Source of the DNA: Trichoplax adhaerens
Taxonomy: Eukaryota; Animalia; Placozoa
Direction of reading: 5' to 3'
DNA length: 64,000 nt
Assembly: GCF_000150275.1 (NCBI RefSeq)
Contig: NW_002060954.1
Span: 1,798,001-1,862,000, forward strand
Shown in pieces: positions 52,401-64,000 of the stretch (position 1 is its first letter; every line of letters starts with the position of its first letter). A program made the translations under genes and the position numbers. Below the pieces are notes generated by a model. That model had not been told where the DNA came from and did not search any database. It saw only the letters and a list, made by a program, of their open reading frames with translations.

Positions 52401-55400
52401 CATAACAGGGAAACATCGTTGTTGCATATCGAAGGCTGGAATACTTCTAAATCTAGCATTAATCGTCTAATTTGGAATCAATCACTGTATGAAAATACTT
52501 GCACGGAAGTCGACAAGCCAGGCGAAATATCAGCCCCATACTATGTAGCTATTGCTAGCGGCAATCAGGTGCAGGCTCAACTTAGACTAATCTCGATGAT
52601 GTTGCAATTATTTTTTGTAATCACTAATTTATATCTTGTTTCGGCAGGTCAAAGTATTTGATATCACAGCTCTGATATCGAACAATGTATCTTCGATAAA
52701 TATAGCAGATTTACGGAAGCACTATGCGTGTATTAGTGACGACAGTTGCGCAGTAAGTAGATTAACCTCGAACTTAAAATTATCAGTAGCGATAAAAAAT
52801 TCTCTAACGTAGAATGTAGGAATAAATATTACTATTCATAATAAAACTATTTAGACAATTTACGATCTGGCGTTAACTGCCGGAGGAGATACGTTGGCTA
52901 CTGCTGGCAATGATGGCACTTTGAAATTTTGGAAAATAAGCACATCTAATCCAAAAGAACAAATGTAAGTGTTAGCGTCTTTGTTTTCATGACTTGTCTA
53001 ATAGGCGAGAATAAAACTCAGTCTCTTCTCTCTTAAAGGTGCGTTCATTTGCTTAGTAAACCGCACGATGGTGCTCCTATACATACGCTAAAATTTTGCG
53101 ATGATATTACCACTCGGGACGATAGGTATATCTCTGTGGCTCGTTAAGGTTAACATGACAATTGAAGACAAATTTAAAAAATTCCCCAATTTTTCGATCT
53201 TAGTGAAGCTTTTTGGCGTTTTTTGATAACTGCGTCAAAATTTAACCATGAAATAAAGATCTGGTGCACAGTAGATTGGACATGCTTGCAAACTATTCGG
53301 TACGAAATTTGTATCCAACTTCCATGAAAGTTCAATATTGATTAAATTATTTGTGTCTTACAGATTTACCTACCCTCCTGAAGAATCTAATGATGGTCAA
53401 TTGTATGTGCAAATTATTATAGTTTACGCTACGATCGTAGGCCATTTTTAATATCTGTTATCATCAATCATGCAGATCACCCATTCTGCAAGTAGCACTG
53501 GATAGGACAGCATCATACTTAACTCTATCCGATATCAATCGGAAGGTTTGCACTGACTTGTAGTATCGTTTTATATTCGTACGGAGACCTAACGTTCGAA
53601 TAATTTCCATCATTACTTTTTCTCTTTACATGGTAGATGCTCTACATTCTTAAGTTACATCAAAATGTAGAAGAGAATCTAGCATCAGCAACATCTATTT
53701 CTGAATTTTCGTTAGCACGATCGATTTTGCAGTTTTCCATCACTAGAGCAAAGCGCCTTACTTCTGTTGAAATGAGAGCTGAATTAACAGAAAGTGACGA
53801 GGATGACCTGGAAGATGATTTCAGAAACACTTCATCCGTTGATGACTTGCATATTCAGTCGTTAGGTAGCGTCATAGAGATGACGACAGTCGATACTAGG
53901 TTGGAAACATGAAGTATTTTTTATGTGAACTCTTTCGAATCTTTTGATGTATACCGTTGATTAATGTGTTGGTAATATTGCAGATCTATCCAAGACGTGA
54001 AAATACGTTTTCAGCCTAATCCGACGGAGCCTACTCCTTTGTCTTCCGTTACATCAGGTACATTTAGTGCAGTATTTCGATTAACGGCCATGAAACGATT
54101 TTGTACTTTATTTATTACTCAACTTTTATTTTTGCTATATCAAGCTATGCAATCAATCGCCTCAAATCTGGCAAACTCGACGACATCTAATGAATTTTTG
54201 CCTAATCTTGAAGACAGTATCTCGATGTTATCTACCCAGAATTCTAGCATGGGTACCGTTACGCCATTGCAAGTAATGTCTCCTGATGCGTTCGAACTGC
54301 CAAAGTCAGCGAATACTATTGATGACAACATAGATAGTATCGCTTCGTTATCCAAGGCTCCAAATATAGCTACGGAGCCAAAATCTTATGACACATTAGA
54401 TAGTCAATTTGTACCCAAGGAACAACTGTCACACGGTTTAAATGTCGATGAAATCTCTCGGGAAAAGGAACTTGAAACCCCTACTTCAACTCATGATAGT
54501 GCTAAAAAAGATTTAATCGATAGTAACATTTCAGAATCCACAGTTAATGATAACGATGAAGAAGATGTAATCATAGAAGATGACGAAATTGGTGTTGACT
54601 ATGGAAGCGCTATCGATGAGCAACCATTGACTTGCCATGTTGCGACAAATGCTACTACTGATTCCATCAAAGGTACAATTTTGGTTCATAATCATGACAC
54701 AATCAGAGATATTCATTATATAATTGCATTAATTTTGATGTATGATGTATCTCTACCAGCCGCCACAAATGAGGAACTAGCAGATAGAATCAGTAGTACT
54801 ACTAGTAGCAACAGCGAGGGGTTACCATCTGCAGAGCATGATCACGCTATTCACGTGCCTCCCGCAACTTCAGATGCTACTATGACCCCAGATGTATCTT
54901 TTACGCAAAGGTCTATAAATATTTCAATATAGAATAATGTTTTATGATTTTATAATCCTTTGCCGTTAGCTTTAATAACTGTATTGAAATACGTTTGCAA
55001 TGTAGGGCATCCGAAGTTGATAATCTTGCATCTGATGGCAAGCAGGTTGAAACTTATTAACTTGCAAGCTAGTTACCGCTAACATTGATGGCTGGATAAT
55101 TAAAAGCATTTATCCTATATTTCAGGTGGTAGAACAATTAAAAAGCATTATTATAATGTTGAACGCCCAGAAGTCTGAAATAAATGACTTGAAAAAGCAG
55201 CTGAAAGATTCTACAAGATCCGTAGTTACTAAAACTTCCTCTACTGCAAATAATATCAATAACCGATTAAGCAGTTTGCAAAACACTTTACGTCAAGACC
55301 GTAAGTCCATAGCATTCATAATTTAATAAGAACTAATTCATCAGTGTTTATCTTCTACAGTAAATTATCTTATACATTGATTTTAGGCCAACGATTTGAT

Positions 55401-57229
55401 CAATCACAACGTACTCAGCAACAGCAAGAGTATCAACAACTCGATAAAATTCAAGTCAGCGTAAATCAAGCACAATCTAACACTGTCGGTCGAATTGAAA
55501 AAATTATTAAAAATGAAATTAAAACGACCATTATTCCTAGTAAGTCATTATTATCCTGCACTTATTTCCACATATTAATCAACACTGCATGAACAGTTTA
55601 CGAAATCTGTATTATTAGGCATCGTATCAAACGTCTCATTAATTAAAGGACAATTGCCACGAGATAACGTAAGATATTTTGGTGGAGAGTACATTTAAAT
55701 TTGTCCTTTTATTCAGATGTTCGCATAACACTAATCACTTGCTTTTTTAAACTTTACTAACACGGACGTTAGAAACCTTCGGATGCTGTAGTAAAGCAAT
55801 CTATTCGTGATTTATTTCTGGACAAGGTGTGTGTGCATGCTGATAAAATTCTTTCTACACTAACGCTAATATAAAAGGACGTTTTACCAGTTTGATTTCT
55901 TATGATTATTTTATAAGGCTGTCATGCAGAGCGTCGGCGATAGATTGATATCGTCTTTAAAGCCCAATCTTATTAGTGCTTGCCGTGAAAGTTTTGTGAA
56001 CAATTTAGTACCAGCATTTGAGAAATCTTGTATGGAAATGATAAAGCAGTTTGATGTTAGCATTCAGAAAGGAATTCAAGACTGTAAGCCTAACTATATT
56101 ACCTAGTTAGCGTAGTTATATTGTGCTTACATTGATACGAGTATCTCTATATGTTCTTCAGATTTAAAACAGACAGAAACATATTTAGAAAAGAGCATAC
56201 TACAACAGCAAGAGAGCACCAAAGCTGTGTTTGTAAACGAATTTAAGAATATTGAGTTGAGTCTAAGTCAGAATCAAGATGTTAATAGACATAAGCAGCT
56301 ATTACAAACCATGTCTACTATGCATCAAACTTTAGCGGATGAATTTCAGAAGCGCCTAGATAAGTGAGTGAGATAAACAAATTGAATGAGATTATTTTTT
56401 ATTATAACCATACATATTTTTGAAATTAACTTAAAAATCGTATATTGGCAGCTTTAAAGCAGAGATTGCAGAATCGGTAAAGCATATTGTTAACGAACAA
56501 CTCAAGAATGCAGGTAGCGCTACTAACACTGCTAGTAGTACACCAACTTTGAGCCGAACAGATATTATCAAGGTAGGCCACTATCGGTACTCTAATAAGG
56601 TTGAATGTTGAGCTACAATGATTACTTTTCAAATTCACTTATAGAAGGAAGTAAAGGCTTTATGCGATCAAGGAAAAGTTGTGGAAGCTTTCCATAAAGT
56701 AATAATCTAACTCTGCTCTAAAGATTATCTTGTACGCTAATTGATGTACTGATATTAGTTCTTCTATTTGCCTAGGCATTACATACTTCTAATGTTAGCA
56801 TCGTAACGGAGCTTTGTCGAAATGTTTCCTCATCTGTTATTTTCACCGGAAATGTTTGTCTTTTATCCCAAGCTATGCTACTATCACTAATACAGTATTT
56901 ATCTGTGGAGATGACGAACGATATTGAATTAAAGATTGGGTAAATATCAAAGATAACAGTTATAGGAAGGATTATCAATCAACGAATATAAAACGTAACA
57001 GTATTTATGATAATGATTGCCATCTTTTCGTTGCAGTTACTTGGAAGATTGTATAATGGCTCTTGACTTTACCGATGGAGTTACAAAAATGCATGGTGCT
57101 AAGATACTGCAAAGTTTATTGGACCACATCAATCGCATCTTGTTGATGTCAAATGAGTATAAAATATCGTCAACCATTGTAAAAAAGTTGAAAGTTTTAA
57201 AGTCTTTGTCGACGTCACATTTAAAGTAG
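49447..57229 (+). CDS. EDC4: Enhancer of mRNA decapping 4 (Ge-1/Hedls)
   Basis: Exon 1 MSDTSHPPLQESGHEIDDV (49447-49504, phase 1) joins in frame to 51073. Then SNK|VKFKTIVDYNWEQGYYYSNTIAV, a WD40 region (PHDGAPI, FWRFLITASKFNHEIKIWCTVDWTCLQTI), an acidic/Ser linker, a coiled coil (LVPAFEKSC) and C-terminal LSQAMLLSLIQYL. The start exon is inferred. Confidence 0.92.
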
Positions 57230-59063
57230 ACGTTAATCTATAAGCATTTTCTGTGGATCTTTACGGTTTTCGTTATTCTATTGATTTTAAGTTAAGACGT
57301 TTACTTAACTTAAATCCCCAAGTATTACTGAAATTTGTACGATAATTGTTACTTGGAATTACAGTAATTCATTTAATAAACTTTCTTTAACGTATTAATG
57401 TCAGCGGCAATGTATACTCCGGATTGGCAGGTTTCACATAATTTTTCATAGTAATACAATTGCTGTATAAACCTTCAAAGTTTTGTTCCTTATTATTTGA
57501 TGAATACTTCTACGGTATCTTTGCACTGTACTGTAAAAAAGGGAACTTCAGTGAAAGTTTTATACGTTTATACAGCAATCACTCTAAAAAAATATTGTAA
57601 AACTTTTCATTCAACTTATTACATTGTATATATATATATATACAACACGTTTCTATGAAGCTTGTCTATGCATAATTTATATACCGTGTTAAAGCGTAGA
57701 ACTGCTTTGCTTCTATGTAGATGGTTCAAGTCTCGAATTTCAAGATAGTTGAACATGTAGGTTAAATTCTAGTATATCTTAATTTGTTGATGTTGCCTAT
57801 TAACAGAAATATGTTAAATTTTAACTGCTTGGTAGTACGCATCAATTTTATGTTATTTAAGTTATGTGATGGTGAAAGATAAATACCTAGCCGATTGCTG
57901 CACTGTCTTTGATAACTTTATAGTTACAATTTTAATTCAACCGAACAAATGACCTTTATCGAATTTTTGTTATACTCATGATAATACCCTTTTTAGTATT
58001 GGAGCAATATATGCGACATGTGAGTACAGTAAATCGGTGTTTAAATCCTAATTAACAGTTGAGATATTATGTAGCAAATAAACGAACAGCAAATGCGATA
58101 CGACGACTGAGAGATAGCTTAATTTCATATTGAAGGTGAAAAGTGTCTTAGAAAATGTATAGTTAAATGAAAGTATTATAATGTAGCAGCCTTGTGCCTT
58201 AAAAGGTAGTCTGAATACCATAGAATGTGAAAAGTGTCTTAGATAAAGTAGCCGAGTATGTGGCTAATAAATAATGCATTGTAAAGTCATTACTTTGTGC
58301 AGTTATAATTTAGCTATTGTTACTGATATACAAAATTTCTAATCCTTATATTAGTGACTAATGAAATCCAGTGATAAACTGTATAACAGAAGTCGTGCTA
58401 TCTCCGATAGCTGCAACAGTTAGCTGGCTAAGTGGTCAGACATAGAACTTTTACTTTCAAATCTATCCTACTGTACTATTAGTGACTGAAATGTTGTTAA
58501 AAAAAAATAACTTGATACTATTTCAACCCATCTAAAGTAAGTAAGAAAAGCCTCATTCCTTTTCCTTAGCCTGCTAGCGACCCCCCCCCCCTACTGTTGG
58601 TACAAATGAATGCATAGGCTAGAAAATGCTCTTACAGTCGTATACGAGACCTTACACATAGATGGATTTGTTGATTTAAAGAACACGTATACCTACGCTA
58701 GAATTTATGCATCAAAGCTTGATAAAATTAATTGATAGATGAGATAATCATACAATATACGATTAACTAAAATTTGTAGTATGGAATGAATTAATTAGTA
58801 GCCGCCAACATAACCAATCCTGTACCACCCTTGCAGCTATAACTGCTTCCGCTGTCACTTTACTTGTGATATACAGTAAAACACCTTGAAAGCATTCCTT
58901 GAAATCTTTCCTACTCATCTAAGTAAACTTAAAATGCCTTATTGGCCGTTTTAACCTTTACTTGTCAAGTACATTATCGCATAGAAAGCTTTCATCATAA
59001 CGTATATCATGCTCAGAGTTGCAACTGTACTGCAGAGCTCAATAAAATTAATCGAACAATGGC

Positions 59064-59077
59064 GTCGCCAAGGCGAC
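59064..59077. promoter_or_regulatory. RFX X-box-like palindrome upstream of WDR88
   Basis: GTCGCC-AA-GGCGAC, about 200 bp before the ATG; one mismatch to GTNRCC(N0-3)RGYAAC. Confidence 0.5.
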
Positions 59078-59277
59078 TAATTATAATCGTTAATTAGGGA
59101 CTAGCCCTATTATTATACATGGTTCCAAACACTTTACTAATGTATACTAGCAGAACAAATTTTTATCTATCAGAATTGGTATAGAATTACTAACTTTATC
59201 CATGTGATTCTAGCCAGAAGAGGAAAGACTGTTATTATCACTATCTTATTTCATTCTTATTCGTACTCAAGAGTAAA

Positions 59278-62200
59278 ATGGGCGATTCAGAAACACCGAT
59301 TAGCACTGGGAATTGGGAGCATTCCAAGTTAGCCCAAGTAAGCTGATAAAAATTAATATAAGTAGAATAACATTGCAATAGCTACGATATTTGTTCATGA
59401 TGACTTTTCGTTATGAGATGAATCCAAATGTCCTTTTTCAATATCTTAACTTCTTGGTCTAAACATTATACGTACGATGGATGGTTGATAAGATCTTCAA
59501 GTTATTAATCTTGGTGATGATTTTATCTGATAAATATTATCAAAAATATTTACTCTATAGCATAGATGATAGCAATATTCTATTACCTGTTAATACATTT
59601 ATTATTATCATATTGAACCAGATATGAACTAATGATAGTTATTGTGATTATAATGAAGAGCCACTAGGGTGCAACTAGCCAATAACTGTAACTTAACTTC
59701 TCCATCCATATTCAATATCGAGCACCTACTGTTTTTCCACGCCTTTACGCCAATTACTTTCTAGTAATTATTATGAACGTCGGTCTCAATTCACTTTTAC
59801 GACTGATCTACCTATCGCAGATTATTGAAGAATCGGTAGTAGTCGTTCCTTACACTTGCAAGTCCTTGTTTCCTATCTGATTCCTGACTGCACTAATGTT
59901 AAGCTTCAAAGTTGCTCTTATTGGTTTCCTCTACTTACTATCGACTGACTTACTTTCCTACTGACTTAATGATATTTATGCTTGCTTATTTAACTACTAT
60001 CTCATTTTTTATAAGTTTAAATTAGATTTTAGTACCAATTAGTACTTTTTCTTACTTATACATCTACCATACTGCACTAAAAATTGCTACCAATTCTTCT
60101 TAGCTAACACCTAATTCCTTACTACGCTGAAGCCAAACTTTTAAGCTTATTGGCTGTTACTACTTTAAATTCGCTATTACTCCTTCCCCTTTCTCACTTA
60201 AGATATTTATTTATTTACTTGTCAGGGTCTTTACTGCGTCAAGTTGTAGAACCTGTTGTTTGTTTTCTATCTAATTTTTGACCAGACTTATTTTTAACTT
60301 TAAAATAGCGCCTGCTCCACCTTTCTGTTTACTTACTTTACCATATGGTTCTATATTGAAGCAAGTTTCAAAGTAGAGTTATTATTATTCCTACCTTTGA
60401 CTTATTTTATTAGCATTCGGCTCTTAACTTCACTAAATTCTAGACTAATCCTGACCTAAAGTCCGTCTTATTCCTTTCCTTTACTTACTGGCTTTGATAG
60501 CTACCCTATACGGATCAAATACTAGTTTATAAATCCTGTTGCTATTTTCCTCGACTTAATTACTTCAATAGCTAGTTTAGTAGTAGTAAGCTCAATATTA
60601 ACTTCAAAAGCCGCGTAACTAGCTAATCTTCAAATTGCAGTCACTTTATCACTTGTTTTACATACTCGTTTACCGTACTGTATAATAATTCTCCACCACG
60701 CCAAATTCTAGCTTTATCGTCAATCATCACTAATTGTAGCCGCCTTATAATAGCGGCGATTTCATAATCGGAATAGACAGTAGTCGCATCAATATATATT
60801 GTTATATGATCGACTATTTTTTAAGCAACTGCATTTGAAGGCCCACGAAAGCTACATAATCCAACTTTGATCTTATAATGAATAAACAACAACTAAGATT
60901 AGTCAGTACATGCAGCAATGTCAGTGACAAATCTGAGGTATCAGTCTTATGCGATTCCTCTGGAGAGGTATAATTTGTAGACTTAATAACGTAGTAATCA
61001 GTTGCTATAGAGTATTCAGTATTGAATAATATGTTTTATTTTCTCTGTTTTAATGAGAGTTAATCTTGGCTGTTTTTATCCGCATTTCTAGGTTCGAATG
61101 AAAGTTTTTCGTGGTCATTTCGATGCTATTAATTCATGCCAATTTTGCAATCGAGATTCACTAATTTTATCCGCATCGAATGATAAAACAATTCGATTTT
61201 GGGTAAGATTAATCTCTAAAAAGATAGTGCAAAACCTGAATATGCAAGTGGTATACCAGAACAACTTTACCTAGGATCTTTAAATGTCACTAAATTTAGC
61301 AGGTAGCATCAATTACTTACCGTAACGAAATATTAATTTTTTAAGGAAAGCGATGGTGGAAGCCAATTGCAAAGTTTAAACTTACATACAGATATAATTT
61401 CTTGTTGTCGTGTAAACTCAAAAACGGACCCGTAAGTTATTTTAAATTCAGACTGCTTTCGTACCGGTATTAAGTAATTTGTAAGTAATGGCTAGCAGTA
61501 TTTCCAGATTTCTTTTCAATTTTCCTAACTTTCCTAGTAAATTTTCATTTGTTACATCGAGTTGGGATAAATCGGTAGCAAAATGGGATGGAGAAACCGG
61601 TCAAAATCTGGTAAGAATAAAACTGGAATAGTTTTAACTTTGTGTCTGCGATATCATGCCATGACTACATAGATCTTAGAAGCCATTCACTATTACTTAT
61701 ATGGATTATTTATTACGATATATGCAGTGGAGAGGCTTTCATGATGGTATTGTTACTACTTGTGCAATATCATCTGATGCCCATGTCATAGTGTCAGCAT
61801 CCGATGGCGACTATGTCATAAAAGTATGGGATACAAGAACCGACGAAAATGCAGTCCATACTATTAAAAGTAATTATAGACAATCAATATTGGCATAGCT
61901 AAGAATTAATATTAGATTTTTAATCATAGATGATCAAGATACTAACCTTTAAAATTAGATATCTTACAAGACAAGTTCTTGAACTAAATGCATTAGCAAT
62001 TACAACTTCAATCTGCATATTACTCCTATCTTCAGTCATACAGGGTTTTGATCTAGATACATTTCTTGAAGAATTAGACAACTTCCTGGGATATAGTAAA
62101 TTGCTAAATTAGATACGTTATCAATAAATACGATCTATGTATTACTGAATTTTCAGTTACAAAGCATCGGATTTAAAAGCAAAGTACTAAAAATTAGATT

Positions 62201-63867
62201 TTTCTATGATAACTATTGAACTAAAGATATAATTAAAAATGACTCGGCTTGTCTTTACCGGACTTTTAGTTTTGAAGCATCTGACTTATATACCAGTTAC
62301 AGAATTAGATATTTCCTATATCTATTAGCCTCAAATTAGATCGATATATCACCACATCTTTAATCATGTTTGACTACGTGCTAAATCTTTAAAATTAGAT
62401 GCCTTATACATTGACCTTTACACCTAAATATCTTATATACTGTACTAAAGAGTTAATAAATATTTTGAAGTAGGCTCAACTTGTATTCATTATTACCGTA
62501 CATTTTTAATTATATCAGTATATCATCTCCTAAAATTTATCGGATATACCTTACAGTAGATTCTTATGTAGATTCTTAGGTAAAAAATAAATAAATTATG
62601 AATAAGATACTGATAACCATTAACTTGATCTGCATATGAAAAGATTTTCATCGTGGATCCGTTACTAGTATCGCCTTCCATCCGGATAATTCAAGGATTT
62701 GCACGACATCATCAGATATGACAGCAAGAATATGGGATTTTAACTCTACATCAACAACAGCTCAATTAAGGTTAAGATAATAGCAGCAAATTGTTCTTAG
62801 AGCTATTCTAGAATATTAGTGTTTGTTGTTAATTACAATCAAAATGCAGCTGGAAACTGAATTTGTCTTATTAACAGTAAAATAAATTTTCTCGTAAATT
62901 AGTGGGCACAAAAATATTGTTAGCTGCTGTGCGTTCTCCAACAATGGACGCATGTTATGTACTGGCTCTTGGGATAAATCTCTGCATCTTTGGGATATTG
63001 CCACTGGTTCATATAGGTATTAATAGTTCAGATTAAGCAATAAATATTCTCGATAATTGTATCTGGTTCTATCAAGACCTTAACCTCGCGTCTGTTCTAG
63101 ACGTACTGGACCGAAAACTATTGAGAGAGGCCATGAAGGATCAATTAGTTCATGCTGTTATTCGCCCGATGGTTAGTTGTCATGTAAATTCTGTATACTG
63201 ATACCTATATACCCATATAGCTTCGAAATTTGTAGCTTTGTCAACAGATAGTCGTAAATAACTTTAAAATTCAATACTATATGTTATTGCGCTTATATGA
63301 TTACTTAATAGATTAGTGCTATCGTCTTTACTTCGTATCAACAGAAGAAATGTACACTCATTCAACCAAAGAAACCTAGCAAATTGTCAAATCTATCAAT
63401 TCTCGATTTATATCAAATATTTAGATACTATGCTAGCCTCAGCTTCTTACGATCAAAATGTCATTATCTGGGATACTAAGTATAACTTACAGAAATTCAG
63501 CTTAAAGGTAAAAATGGTGAAAATAATCTTTATTCTAAAGGGAATATCATTCTAGTTCTAAAGCTATAACGAAAATTTCTTACGTGCATTCAGGGTCATA
63601 ATGGCTGGGTAAACGATGTATGTTTTAGTCAAGATCAAAAGTGGGCACTAACGTGTTCATCGGTAAGTACAAGGAAGGAAATCTTGAAAAACTGACATCA
63701 ATTATTAGGAGATATTGCATATTACAGTTAAATTTGTTACTTTTAAAGAGTAATACAACTTAAATTGCGATTAGGATATGACTATAAGAATGTGGAATAT
63801 TGAATCTGAGGAGAAGATGCCTATATTTTTGGCCAACAAGATTAGTCTTGGTTTAAAGCTTATTGAG
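59278..63867 (+). CDS. WDR88: WD40-repeat protein WDR88-like (partial; continues past the right edge)
   Basis: [20 protein letters not shown]|[19 protein letters not shown]...; [17 protein letters not shown]; [10 protein letters not shown]; KFSLK|GHNGWVNDV...QKWALTCSS|[10 protein letters not shown]...LGLKLIE, matching the remembered WDR88 repeat order and tail. Confidence 0.85.
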
Positions 63868-64000
63868 GTAATTTATGACCGTTTCAGCTAATATTTTATC
63901 CTTTACATGACTCCAACACATTACGTATGCCTTTATAAATTTTGCAGTACATATGTGTAAGTATCGATTGAATCTTTAAAACAGTTCTTCTAGTTTTCGC

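Noticed and set aside
57690-57740. tRNA T-loop-like GGTTCAAGTC
   Set aside because: No cloverleaf or A-box can be built around it.
59701-60560. GPCR pseudogene or NUMT in a hydrophobic plus-strand frame (IRYY, FINP)
   Set aside because: Motif spacing does not fit class A GPCRs, stops are frequent, and the hydrophobicity follows from the T/C bias.

Overview
AT-rich (about one third GC by eye), intron-rich eukaryotic genomic DNA with compact, densely packed animal genes. The short introns, composition and gene content suggest an early-branching animal such as the placozoan Trichoplax (inference, not verified). In order, the window holds: a class A (Atonal-related) bHLH gene cut by the left edge (-), JNK (-), a membrane-anchored ICME-like alpha/beta-hydrolase (+), HERC4-like E3 ligase (-), an unannotated secreted prepropeptide (-), ANKS6 (+), PDCD6/ALG-2 (-), an assembly gap, DHRS7 (-), GPAA1 (+), TPRKB (-), EDC4 (+) and WDR88-like (+, cut by the right edge). 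The strongest novelty candidate is a four-exon prepropeptide with basic and Gly-Lys processing sites. Other highlights: two U12-type introns (JNK GT-AG; GPAA1 AT-AA), a 15-nt PDCD6 microexon, a candidate C/D-box cluster, a structured tandem array filling the TPRKB/EDC4 divergent promoter, bHLH-JNK-HERC linkage matching vertebrate paralogons, and two anomalous segments in WDR88 introns. All exon models were assembled by eye and gene names come from remembered homologue sequences; no searches were run.
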